Source: a virus. Taken from it: DNA of 61,839 nt. The stretch lies in IMG/VR virus record IMGVR_UViG_3300029566_000017; one strand, written 5' to 3'. Shown in pieces: positions 1-8,626 of the stretch. Positions within the stretch are counted from its first letter, which is position 1, and every line of letters begins with the position of its first letter. Made by a program: the position numbers and the translations under genes. The notes below the pieces were generated by a model. It made no database searches. It worked only from the letters and a program-made list of their open reading frames with translations, and was not told the origin of the DNA.

Positions 1-99
1 AACGGAGTACAGCGTGACATTATGCAGACTGGCTATCAGCTTGGTAGCGAGATTGCACAAAATCGTTTCGCTGCTCAACAATGCTGCTGCGAGCAAAAA
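1..99. repeat. Terminal overlap: 1-99 is identical to 61741-61839 (circular contig closure)
   Basis: Direct comparison of the first and last 99 nt of the window. Confidence 0.9.
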
Positions 100-444
100 C
101 AAGCTATTGCTTCTCTTGGTTACGAAACTAACCGAAATATTGACGCAGTACGTTACGAAAATGCACAAAATACTTGCGCTATCGTAAACGCCGTAAAAGA
201 GGACGGCGAAAAGACTAGGGCAATTATGGTAGCTAATCAGATTCAAGATTTGAGAGATAAGCTTGCCGATAGAGATAGGGATTTACAGACCGCTAACTTC
301 CAATTAAGTCAGCAAGCACAGAGTGCTGCTCTCATCGGCACGTTAAGACCTTATCCTCAACCTGCTTATATTACGTCTAGTCCGTATCAAAGTGTCGCTG
401 CCAATGTAGCTGGTGCTTGTGGCTGCGCTTATAATGTAGGCTAA
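1..444 (+). CDS. Hypothetical protein, 3' part of a gene that starts at 61438 and wraps across the junction. The C-terminus is Cys-rich.
   Basis: The reading frame is continuous across the 99-bp overlap. The stop is at 442-444. Confidence 0.6.
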   Translation, partial: NGVQRDIMQTGYQLGSEIAQNRFAAQQCCCEQKQAIASLGYETNRNIDAVRYENAQNTCAIVNAVKEDGEKTRAIMVANQIQDLRDKLADRDRDLQTANFQLSQQAQSAALIGTLRPYPQPAYITSSPYQSVAANVAGACGCAYNVG

Positions 445-569
445 AAATAAGTTATGTGCATTAACTGCACTGTATTAGGGACGGTGCACGCCGTCCCTAT
501 TGCTTTAAAAAACGATAAAATTTAAAGGTATCAAGAAAATACCTTGATTGCGTAAAGAGGTGAAAATAA

Positions 570-1004
570 ATGATTTGCTACGAAAAATCTTCTTTGAACG
601 CTGCGGCTGTTGCTGCTCAGTCTGTTGCAGCTAATGCTTTTGTTAGCTTTCCTATAAATAATCTTTTGACTGGCGTTGCTATTAAGCATCCTGCTGGAAG
701 CTCTAGTGTTAGCCTTATTCGTGGTTTATACCTTGTCAGCGTAAATGCTGATGTTGTTCCTGCTGCTGCTGGCAATGTTGGCTTGCAGCTTCTGAGTACC
801 ACGGAAAGCACATCTTCTGTTATTAATGGTGCGGAAAGCATTGTTACTGGCGTTGCTGACACAGCTGTGAATATTTCCTTTACCACGTTGGTTCGTGTGC
901 GTCCGTCCTGCTGCGCTGTGAATAATACAACTAGCTTGCAGGTACAGGCAACGGCGGCAGCAACTATCAACAGAGCAGCTATTAGTGTTGTTAAATTGGC
1001 GTAA
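570..1004 (+). CDS. Hypothetical Ala/Val/Ser/Thr-rich beta-rich protein. It may resemble an exosporium or BclA C-terminal domain protein, recalled from memory only.
   Basis: RBS AAAGAGGTG before the ATG. The composition and C-terminal pattern resemble Bacillus ExsF/BxpB-type proteins. Confidence 0.55.
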   Translation: MICYEKSSLNAAAVAAQSVAANAFVSFPINNLLTGVAIKHPAGSSSVSLIRGLYLVSVNADVVPAAAGNVGLQLLSTTESTSSVINGAESIVTGVADTAVNISFTTLVRVRPSCCAVNNTTSLQVQATAAATINRAAISVVKLA

Positions 1005-1016
1005 GGGGGTGTTGTT

Positions 1017-1478
1017 ATGCACTCCTACAAAGATTATTGGAATAAGATTATAGGTGACGATACAAAAGAGAGAGCAATGGAAGAAATTGTTTGCAGTGCC
1101 CTCGAAAAGCTTAAAATGCACTGCCCAGACCTTTTTTATCGCACGTTGTATGACTTGCACTGTGTAGCTTATGGTCCTCATTTCGATGAAGCACTTGCAA
1201 AGTTGGCTGTCAGTAAGATGCAGAACACCGATGGCACTAATGGTGAGCATTGGACTTATGAGCAGACTACTCAGCTTGCAGAGCAACATAATATTAAACA
1301 TAAAGCAGATTGGTATTATGTGCTGAACATGGTGTACAGTGATTATGGTGCAGCGTTCAGCGGTGACACCGGAACACTTGTCAAGATTGCTAAAGCTTAT
1401 ATGTGTGACCCTGATGCTCCTAGCGGAAAGGTTCTTGATTTATGGGTAGCTCAAATGAGAGCAAAGGAAAGACAATAA
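1017..1478 (+). CDS. Hypothetical protein
   Basis: RBS GGGGGTG before the ATG. No recognisable motif. Confidence 0.55.
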   Translation: MHSYKDYWNKIIGDDTKERAMEEIVCSALEKLKMHCPDLFYRTLYDLHCVAYGPHFDEALAKLAVSKMQNTDGTNGEHWTYEQTTQLAEQHNIKHKADWYYVLNMVYSDYGAAFSGDTGTLVKIAKAYMCDPDAPSGKVLDLWVAQMRAKERQ

Positions 1479-1583
1479 TTATATTATTTGCGCCTGCTGT
1501 AAGGATATGCTATAATATATATGGTTTGAATTTGTTTCCATTTCGGTATCTCAATTATCTTCTTACTATTACATACGGCTAAA

Positions 1584-1616
1584 AAAAGCAGGTTTAGTCA
1601 GCCTGCTTTTTTGCTT
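1584..1616. terminator. Rho-independent terminator hairpin (AAAAAAGCAGG...CCTGCTTTTTT)
   Basis: Perfect GC-containing stem flanked by an A-run and a T-run. It could act in both directions. Confidence 0.6.
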
Positions 1617-1618
1617 GT

Positions 1619-1641
1619 GAGTTCCAAATGAGTTCCAAAAT
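1619..1641. repeat. Direct repeat TGAGTTCCAAATGAGTTCCAAAA. A second copy lies at 1809-1832. Candidate integrase arm or att-site repeats.
   Basis: Two near-identical 23-24 nt copies flank the int-proximal intergenic region. Confidence 0.5.
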
Positions 1642-1756
1642 AAAAGCAACTGAAAAAATAAAAAAAATAAGCGCAAAGATATTCACAGCGCAATAGAAAA
1701 CCGCTTGTAAAAAAGTAGTCGATTTAGTAGAATCAATATAGAGCATTGTAAATAAA

Positions 1757-1800
1757 AACCGCTAAACCATAGTATTTATGGGATTTAGCGGTTCTTTTTT
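1757..1800. terminator. Hairpin plus T-run (AAAACCGCTAAACC...GGATTTAGCGGTTCTTTTTTTT)
   Basis: Stem CCGCTAAA/TTTAGCGG followed by T8. Confidence 0.55.
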
Positions 1801-1808
1801 TTACTAGA

Positions 1809-1832
1809 TGAGTTCAAAATGAGTTCCGAAAA
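1809..1832. repeat. Second copy of the att-region direct repeat (TGAGTTCAAAATGAGTTCCGAAAA)
   Basis: Near-identical to 1619-1641. Confidence 0.5.
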
Positions 1833-2942
1833 TTAAAATTCACTATTTTTAGTTGAGTTATCAACGGTTAAACTCTCTAATTTGTCTACAGCTTTCCTAT
1901 TAGCTTCTGGCATCATGTGAGCGTAAAATTCAAAGGTTGTGTTTTTATCTGCGTGACCAATCTGTTTAGCGACTGCTAGAATATCTCCGGTAGCTGCGTA
2001 AAGCATTGAAGCATAGCTGTGCCGGAGAATGTGAGGACTAATTCTTGGCAAGCCTAACTTAGTACAGTGATATTGCATATATGTTCTGATAGCCGACGGT
2101 TTTATGCCATCAAAGATATAATCTTCTGGTTTAGCCTTATAAAGCGTGCCTATGTAGTTTATGATTTGATTATAGAGGTATTTCGGTATTTCAACATCAC
2201 GCACGGAGCTTCTTGTTTTTGGAGTGCTAATGACAAATTCATCTTTATTGTGTATCCTCATTAGTGATTTATTAACATGAATTTTATAGGGCGATATATC
2301 CTCGATTTTTAGAGCCATAACTTCACCTATGCGCAAGCCTGCCCAAAAGATGATATTGAACAGTACTCTATGTGAAGCTATCTTAATATCGTCATAGAAA
2401 ACCTTATACTGTTCTACTGTCCATAGTTTCGCACGTGTATCATTTGAATATGGCTTTACCCTGTCAGTAAGAGTAACAGGGTTATTTTTTGTCCCGCAAT
2501 TTCTTTTAGAGAATTCAAAGACCTGGCTTAATTCTGAACGTATCTGATTTAGCAGTCTGCTTGAGAGCCGTTCTTTTTTTGATTTCTCATTTTGAATGGC
2601 AAGCCAGCGCATAACTTGAAGCGGAGTAACCTTGTCGACGTTCATATTCTCAAAGAAAGGGAGGACATAATATTTTAATGCCTGGTTTTTCTTGTCGACA
2701 GTCGACTGCTTTAATTCTCCTAGCTTCAATTTGCTGTCCAGCTCTTGCTGGTATGCTGCAATAACTTCGCTAAATTTCGGATCATGTGTATGAGTTTTGT
2801 TTCTCATGTCGCTTTCATACTTTTCAGCATCACGCTTTTTGCCAAAACCTCTTTTTGTTGTATGCTTTCTTAAGCCTTGCCAATCTTTATACCAAAAAGA
2901 GCAGTCCCATTTTCCTGTTTTTGGATTTTTTGTTACTGTCAT
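1833..2942 (-). CDS. int: Tyrosine site-specific integrase
   Basis: C-terminal catalytic signature ...HILRHSYAS...GHADKNTTFEFYAH (R..HxxR..Y). The N-terminal part is SAM-like. Confidence 0.9.
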   Translation of the reverse strand: MTVTKNPKTGKWDCSFWYKDWQGLRKHTTKRGFGKKRDAEKYESDMRNKTHTHDPKFSEVIAAYQQELDSKLKLGELKQSTVDKKNQALKYYVLPFFENMNVDKVTPLQVMRWLAIQNEKSKKERLSSRLLNQIRSELSQVFEFSKRNCGTKNNPVTLTDRVKPYSNDTRAKLWTVEQYKVFYDDIKIASHRVLFNIIFWAGLRIGEVMALKIEDISPYKIHVNKSLMRIHNKDEFVISTPKTRSSVRDVEIPKYLYNQIINYIGTLYKAKPEDYIFDGIKPSAIRTYMQYHCTKLGLPRISPHILRHSYASMLYAATGDILAVAKQIGHADKNTTFEFYAHMMPEANRKAVDKLESLTVDNSTKNSEF

Positions 2943-3289
2943 GTTTTACCTCTCCCTTCATACAAATTTTGCCAAAAAACGCTGAAAAACCTCTTTAATA
3001 TTTAGCTTATAAGCAACTTTTTGATGCTTCCACTTATATTTATATTAGTAAAAATTAAATGCGCATATAAGCTAAATATGAAGCTCTGATAAGATTTTTA
3101 AACTATAAAAATAGTAATATAAACTGTATAAAAACACTGGCTTGAAAAGCAACCTGGAATTTAATGTTCAGACTGTTTTTCAAGCCTTTTTTTATTTTAA
3201 AAAGCACAAAAGCAGGCTTTAAGCCTGCTAGTGATTTTTTAACAGGCTAGGGAAGTAGTCTGTTACTGAATTCGCCTTATTGTTTTTGG

Positions 3290-4144
3290 TTACAAGCATC
3301 TTTGATTCCCAATGATTACGCTTGTAAGCTGTTTGCCGTCTGGCGTGTATTTGAGTTGGAAGCTTTGACGAACAGTATTGCCGAAACCGTTTTTGGATTC
3401 TACCCACGATTGGACAATAATTTCTTTTGGATTTTTTGCTGCTTTCCAATCACTGTACCAACCAAATTCAGCACTGTCCGGGTATTTTAAAAATCGTTTT
3501 ACATCTTCTCGCGCAAACGTGAGCAAATCCGATTCATGTTCAATGACAAAATCATATTTGCCTAAAACTGCTTTTCCGTCTACAAACATATCATAATTAT
3601 CATGACGAATAGCAGTTATCTTGTTGTCTGTGAGATAGATGATAACATTTACAATGCCGTCATCTGCGCAACGATAACCTTTTGTTTTCTGATTGTCTTT
3701 ATAGCCATCAAGCATTTCATCATGTTTAATTTTGAAGTTATCGGAAAATCTCATATCTGTTATGAGGATTTTTTCTAAAGAATTTGCTGCTTCAACTGGC
3801 AGACCGGTAACATCGCTAATATTTTTAGAAAATCTATCTTGCTCGATTTTCTTTCCCTGGGACTGTTTAGTTGTATTTGAAGCAACGTTTAATGATGAAC
3901 TATTGGAAGAGAAAGTTTGATAGCAAAAGAATAACGTGATTACGCTAAACAAAATCAATAGCTTCTTCTGCTTAGATTTTTCTTTTGCATCTGTAGCTCG
4001 AGAAAAATTCTTGTAGAAATTATAGGTAAACCATGCGAATATCAGTGTTAAATAATGTCCGCCAGTCATTCCAGCAGCACCAGCTACTGCTAAAACTCCG
4101 CATACGATTAATAGTCTTTGCCAGTTTTTCATTTTAGTGTCCAT
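3290..4144 (-). CDS. Membrane protein with three predicted TM segments and a C-terminal extracytoplasmic domain. Lysogeny-associated accessory gene.
   Basis: Hydrophobic N-terminal helices. It overlaps the upstream gene by 16 nt and sits between int and the repressor. Confidence 0.6.
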   Translation of the reverse strand: MDTKMKNWQRLLIVCGVLAVAGAAGMTGGHYLTLIFAWFTYNFYKNFSRATDAKEKSKQKKLLILFSVITLFFCYQTFSSNSSSLNVASNTTKQSQGKKIEQDRFSKNISDVTGLPVEAANSLEKILITDMRFSDNFKIKHDEMLDGYKDNQKTKGYRCADDGIVNVIIYLTDNKITAIRHDNYDMFVDGKAVLGKYDFVIEHESDLLTFAREDVKRFLKYPDSAEFGWYSDWKAAKNPKEIIVQSWVESKNGFGNTVRQSFQLKYTPDGKQLTSVIIGNQRCL

Positions 4145-5082
4145 ATTTCCTTTTGCAGCTGTTTAAATATTGTTTTTACACCAACTTTATCATTGAAAGA
4201 AAGCGCATTTTTATAAGCGTTGAGAGCTATTAGTTTATTTCCGCAGCGATATTGAATGTCGCCTATGCAACGATAAACGTTAGCCTTTTCTTTATCCATT
4301 AATACGTCTTGTAATGACCGTTGAAGTAAAGAAAGTACGTTGGAATAATCATTGATATTTGTAGAGTCTAAATTTTTAAGATGCTTTTTAGCTGCCATAA
4401 AAGCTTTTTTCCCTACGAGTGTAGATTCCGCAAAAACAGTGTACTTGTCCTCGTCCAAAAAAATTCCGCTAATACTGTATTTGTAACCTATATTATTTGA
4501 TGAGTTAATGGTAAAAATGTTCTTGTCTGTGTCAAAACTTACTATATTATCCGCATCCGCTATCGAAGGAAATGCAGCAGCTGTTGTAGTATCGTTCCTT
4601 AAATCAATGATAACAAGATTATTTGCAAGATAGCTTGGCCCATTACAAAGACTTACAGCTGCAAACAATCCGTTTTCCGAAAGAATAGATAGCATAATAT
4701 TTAATGGAAATTCATTTTGATAAATCAATTCACCGTCCAAAAATTTTATTGTTATTCTTCCACATAAAGCATCCCTGTTTAGCCATTCCTCTAACAAGAA
4801 ATATCCGTTGTCTGCGATGAAAGCTGTGTACAGATTTACACAACGGTGCCCACACGTTAGCAATCGCTCAGACTTGGCATCATATACATAATAATCATTT
4901 TGTCCCCACATTATTCTATAATGACCATTTGGCGAAAGTCTTGAATATAATAATATGGCTGCATAATGTTTGCCCCACTTTACAACGCAATTGTCAGTTA
5001 ACAATTCCTGCTTTGTTTTGATTGGATATTCTAGCACTTCGTACCGACTCCTTTCGATATATACGAAAAAGAGGACGGACAT
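4129..5082 (-). CDS. Hypothetical protein, beta-rich with a TPR-like C-terminus. Lysogeny-associated accessory gene.
   Basis: Long ORF on the same strand as int and cI. No recognisable catalytic motif. Confidence 0.6.
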   Translation of the reverse strand: MSVLFFVYIERSRYEVLEYPIKTKQELLTDNCVVKWGKHYAAILLYSRLSPNGHYRIMWGQNDYYVYDAKSERLLTCGHRCVNLYTAFIADNGYFLLEEWLNRDALCGRITIKFLDGELIYQNEFPLNIMLSILSENGLFAAVSLCNGPSYLANNLVIIDLRNDTTTAAAFPSIADADNIVSFDTDKNIFTINSSNNIGYKYSISGIFLDEDKYTVFAESTLVGKKAFMAAKKHLKNLDSTNINDYSNVLSLLQRSLQDVLMDKEKANVYRCIGDIQYRCGNKLIALNAYKNALSFNDKVGVKTIFKQLQKEIWTLK

Positions 5083-5360
5083 ATGCGCCCTCTTATCGCT
5101 GTAGTTCTTCTACAAAATGGCTCCCTAAAGGAATCCCCCTAACATCAAGTTGAATCATTAAATCCGTGTTTTACAGTTTCAGCTTGTTTTCTTTGCAACC
5201 AGTTGGTTGGCAATTTCTATGCAGAGTAGCAGGAAATACACATGCTCTGTTGTTAATTGTCGAATCAGCTGTGCATACTCGTTAGTGGTATGACATCGAC
5301 TTCGTTTTAACCTCCTTCCTTTAGATTGCAAGGTATTATGCCATGCTGGCGAAGGGGAAG

Positions 5361-5759
5361 TCAGGCCTTGCCTTTGCCTTGCAACAGCCCTTTTATAATT
5401 TGCTCGATAGCCATCTTTTGGGTGTCATCGAGCTTCTGAATCTGTTTAGCAATCTCAATAGCCTGTTCGTCGAGAAGCTGGGCGTTGAGCTGCTGTTTTA
5501 CTGCTTCGGTGTCTATGCCGAGGGACTTTGCTTGTTGTTCTGTTACACCGAGAGCGTAGTCTTTATCTTCATAAAAGTAACCTACTGGAACGTTAAAGTA
5601 ATCAGCTATTTTTTGAATTTTATCTGCTTTTGGTGTTGATTTACCATTTTTCCAGAAAGTAAACATTGAGGAAGATAAACCTGTGTCTTTACAGACTTTA
5701 TACGCAGATGTATTAGACTTTTCCAATAATGCTGCGAATTTGTCGTAGTTAAGGGACAT
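5361..5759 (-). CDS. CI-like repressor (XRE-family HTH)
   Basis: N-terminal HTH (SAYKVCKDTGLSSSMFTFWKNGKSTP). RBS GAGGTG before the ATG at 5759. It is divergent from the cro-like gene. Confidence 0.8.
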   Translation of the reverse strand: MSLNYDKFAALLEKSNTSAYKVCKDTGLSSSMFTFWKNGKSTPKADKIQKIADYFNVPVGYFYEDKDYALGVTEQQAKSLGIDTEAVKQQLNAQLLDEQAIEIAKQIQKLDDTQKMAIEQIIKGLLQGKGKA

Positions 5760-5943
5760 TATACACCTCAATTTTAAAAAAAATAAGCGAAAAAACACTT
5801 TACTTTTATAACTACATCTGTTATAATATAACTATAAAAATTAAACTAAAAAACGCTATAAAAATTAAACGCTCAGAAAAACGCTTTATTTTTATAACTA
5901 TTCTATCACGTTTTATTTTTAAAATCAAGAAAGGAGAGAATTT
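5760..5943. promoter_or_regulatory. Divergent switch region between cI-like and cro-like genes. It holds the palindrome TTATAACtacatctGTTATAA and three AAACGCT direct repeats.
   Basis: AT-rich 184-bp intergenic region with inverted and direct repeats, as in phage operator regions. Confidence 0.5.
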
Positions 5944-6129
5944 ATGTACAAAAAATATGCGATGCTGTTAAAAGAACGTAATGTAAGCAGCTATAAAGTA
6001 GCTAAAGATACTGGCATTTCGTCTTCTACATTTACTTTTTGGAAAAACGGCAAGTGTAAACCGAAGATTGATAAGCTTCAAAAACTTGCCGAATACTTCG
6101 GCGTAAGTGTTGATTATTTTTTAGATTAA
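5944..6129 (+). CDS. Cro-like XRE-family HTH regulator
   Basis: 61 aa with HTH SSYKVAKDTGISSSTFTFWKNGKCKP, a paralogue of the repressor N-terminus. RBS AAAGGAGAG. Confidence 0.75.
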   Translation: MYKKYAMLLKERNVSSYKVAKDTGISSSTFTFWKNGKCKPKIDKLQKLAEYFGVSVDYFLD

Positions 6130-6141
6130 GGAGTGAAAAAG

Positions 6142-6438
6142 ATGAAAAAGGTATTGCAAATCTGCGTATGCATTATCTTTGCATGGTGTTGTCTTAGCTT
6201 AGTTGGCGGATTTTCGGACAGCCAGGTGCAAAGGCATACAGTTACGCACATTGTACAAGAAGGCGAAACCATGTATGGAATCGCTGACAAATATTTTCTG
6301 CTTAACAAAACAAGGATTTGTTTTGACGAGTTTTGGTATAACGTATCCGAAGATAATAAGCACCTGACCGCCAACCGCCGTTATCTCCAGCCTGGAGATG
6401 TGGTCACTGTTAATTACTACACAGTGAAAGAACAATGA
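6142..6438 (+). CDS. Secreted LysM-domain protein
   Basis: N-terminal signal-like hydrophobic segment, then a LysM signature (HIVQEGETMYGIADKYF...LQPGDVVTVNY). Confidence 0.65.
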   Translation: MKKVLQICVCIIFAWCCLSLVGGFSDSQVQRHTVTHIVQEGETMYGIADKYFLLNKTRICFDEFWYNVSEDNKHLTANRRYLQPGDVVTVNYYTVKEQ

Positions 6439-6497
6439 TAGCAGGGCATAAAGCCTTCTCGCTATACATTAATTGTAACAGAAAGGAGTTGAGCATT

Positions 6498-6968
6498 ATG
6501 GCAGAAAGTAAAGCTAACATCTATAAGGCAGCTAGAGAATACGCACGAATTAGCCGTGTTGATGCTGCGGAAGCCTTTGCTATATCTGCTAGTTGTCTTA
6601 AGGATTACGAAACCGACGTGCGTGGTGTTCCGGATGTTACGGCATTGCAAATGTCTCGGTTGTATCGTACACCTTGGTTAAGGGTTCAGCACTTGCAAAG
6701 AAATGTAGTGTTTTGCGACGTTTTTGGACTTATTCCTCCGGCTGATGATTTGGCGGTGAATATGTTAAGGGCGCAAAAAGAAGTCGGTGAAGTGGTTGAG
6801 TTGTTTCCGCAAATGGTAGCGAAAACAGTACAAAAAAAGCACCTCGGCGACAGTCTTTTAAAAGAATGCCGGGAAGGTGCACAGGCTTTGCTTGTGTTGA
6901 TTGGTATTGAAGAAGAACAAAAAGAAAAGACCCCCCACGCTAATAGAGAGCCTTTAACCTATAAATAA
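6498..6968 (+). CDS. Hypothetical protein with an N-terminal HTH-like segment
   Basis: RBS AAAGGAG before the ATG at 6498. It begins with an XRE-like motif. Confidence 0.5.
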   Translation: MAESKANIYKAAREYARISRVDAAEAFAISASCLKDYETDVRGVPDVTALQMSRLYRTPWLRVQHLQRNVVFCDVFGLIPPADDLAVNMLRAQKEVGEVVELFPQMVAKTVQKKHLGDSLLKECREGAQALLVLIGIEEEQKEKTPHANREPLTYK

Positions 6969-7037
6969 AGTCGAAAGGAAATCGGTTTAAAAAATAGGTC
7001 ATATATAGTATAGCATACGGAAAAGAGGTTGTCAAAC

Positions 7038-7238
7038 ATGGAAAGCAGATTCTACACAGCTAAAGACATTGCCAACCTTTTAGGCGTAGGCGTTGGAAAA
7101 GGCTACTCGCTTATAAGGGAATGGAACAAAGAGCTTCAGCAAAAAGGCTATACAACTGCACAAGGCAGAGTAGTTAAAGCCTATGCTGATTTAAAACTTG
7201 GTTTCGGAATTCAAAAGGAGGATGTATATGGTAACTAA
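7038..7238 (+). CDS. Small DNA-binding protein, excisionase or MerR-like HTH
   Basis: Motif YTAKDIANLLGVGVGKGYSLIREW is typical of Xis/AlpA-type HTH proteins. Confidence 0.5.
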   Translation: MESRFYTAKDIANLLGVGVGKGYSLIREWNKELQQKGYTTAQGRVVKAYADLKLGFGIQKEDVYGN

Positions 7239-7599
7239 TGAACAGGTCAACGCCGTGTTAGCTCGCAGCGGACTTAGCATGGAAGGATTCGAAGCTTTTA
7301 GAAAAAGAAAGCATGGTGAGCATAAGCAGACGAAAGAGAGCTGGTTGAAAGACTTTAAGACTTGCTCACACTGTACCAGGGATGGCAAATGTAAGTATCA
7401 ACACTTCGGATACCACCAGGAAAAACAGGCTGTGCGTGAAGGTGATGTGTTAAGCTATAACGTTAACAGCTTGTCGGTAAATATGCAAACATATCCTAAA
7501 GTTGGCAGTTATCGCGAATGCTGTCACTGGGATGCTGAAACAACTCTTAAGCTTCACAGCAAACTCGAAGAGCTGGTTAAGGAAGGAAAGGTGATTTAA
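7228..7599 (+). CDS. Hypothetical Cys/His-containing protein
   Basis: RBS AAGGAGG 8 nt before the ATG. Confidence 0.5.
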   Translation: MVTNEQVNAVLARSGLSMEGFEAFRKRKHGEHKQTKESWLKDFKTCSHCTRDGKCKYQHFGYHQEKQAVREGDVLSYNVNSLSVNMQTYPKVGSYRECCHWDAETTLKLHSKLEELVKEGKVI

Positions 7600-8271
7600 A
7601 TGGAAATGAGCGAGAAAATCGACGCTTTGGCTGAAGCCTTAGCAAAGGCTCAGGGCGAAATGAAAAATGCTGTTAAAGGCTGTGACAATCCGTTTTTTAA
7701 AAGCAAATATGCGGATTTAGCGGAATGCCTGAACGTAGCACGTGAGCCGCTTAGCAAGAACGGCTTAAGCATATTCCAGGCTAACGAAGGAATTGTAGAA
7801 AGCAATAAGCTTGCTGTTACTACAATGATCATGCACAGCAGTGGACAATTTCTTAAAGTTACTAGCAGTTATCCTATTCAGAAAAATGATGCCCAGGGTT
7901 TTGGCAGTACGCTGACATACGCTAGAAGATATAGCCTTGCAGCAGCTCTTGGACTTGCGCAAGAGGACGATGACGGAAATTCAGCTTGTGCACCGGAACC
8001 GAAGCAAGATTTTAAAGCCAAAAACACAGAGCAGAAGCCTAAAGCTCAACCGCAATCTACCGGAAATAAATTTGTTAAGATTACCCCTCAAGGTGACATT
8101 GTTGTAACTGTTGCTAATGGTCACGATAAGAACGGCAGACCGCTTGCTGCCTACAAAAACATTAAGGACTTGACTATTGAAGAGCTTGAAAAAATGGTTA
8201 CGATTCCTCAATATGCGCTTGCTCATACAGCTATTAAGACCTTGCTTGAAGAAATGGGGCAGACAGCATGA
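7600..8271 (+). CDS. ERF-family single-strand annealing protein
   Basis: Motifs NPFFKSKYADLA and TYARRYSL are characteristic of ERF-superfamily recombinases. Confidence 0.7.
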   Translation: MEMSEKIDALAEALAKAQGEMKNAVKGCDNPFFKSKYADLAECLNVAREPLSKNGLSIFQANEGIVESNKLAVTTMIMHSSGQFLKVTSSYPIQKNDAQGFGSTLTYARRYSLAAALGLAQEDDDGNSACAPEPKQDFKAKNTEQKPKAQPQSTGNKFVKITPQGDIVVTVANGHDKNGRPLAAYKNIKDLTIEELEKMVTIPQYALAHTAIKTLLEEMGQTA

Positions 8272-8549
8272 GTAAGAAAAGCATATTACAGAGCGACAAG
8301 GAGTGCTTTATGTGTGGCACAACATGTAACCTTGAACGTCATCATGTGATATTCGGAACAGCCGGAAGGAAGATTTCCGACAAGCTTGGTTTAACAATCT
8401 GGCTATGCTACGAACATCATAAAGGCAGGCTCGGACCTCATTTGGACAGGGAAACAGACTTGCGGTTAAGGCGATTTGCTCAAACCTGCTATGAAGATAA
8501 ACATAGTAGGGAAGAATGGGTTGAAAGAATCGGAAGGAACTACTTATGA
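8268..8549 (+). CDS. Small HNH-like zinc-finger protein
   Basis: Motifs CFMCG...CNLERHHV...CYEHH. Confidence 0.45.
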   Translation: MSKKSILQSDKECFMCGTTCNLERHHVIFGTAGRKISDKLGLTIWLCYEHHKGRLGPHLDRETDLRLRRFAQTCYEDKHSREEWVERIGRNYL

Positions 8550-8626
8550 GAAAGAAAGCACTTATGAAGTATGTAAGGTTACTTAGACGGCAACCATTAT
8601 GGAAGAAGTTATTGTAGGAGGGCAAC

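Noticed and set aside
1479-1832. A tRNA gene as the integration target within the att region
   Set aside because: No T-arm (GGTTCGAATCC-like) or acceptor-stem features are visible. The attB identity cannot be inferred from this sequence.
5083-5360. A strong RBS (AAGGAAGGAGG) on the minus strand, followed by a 4-codon mini-ORF (MSYH*), in the 278-bp gap between cI and the accessory genes
   Set aside because: It is too short to be a gene and is more likely a remnant or a fortuitous SD-like sequence. The gap is noted as possibly regulatory, but there is no specific call.
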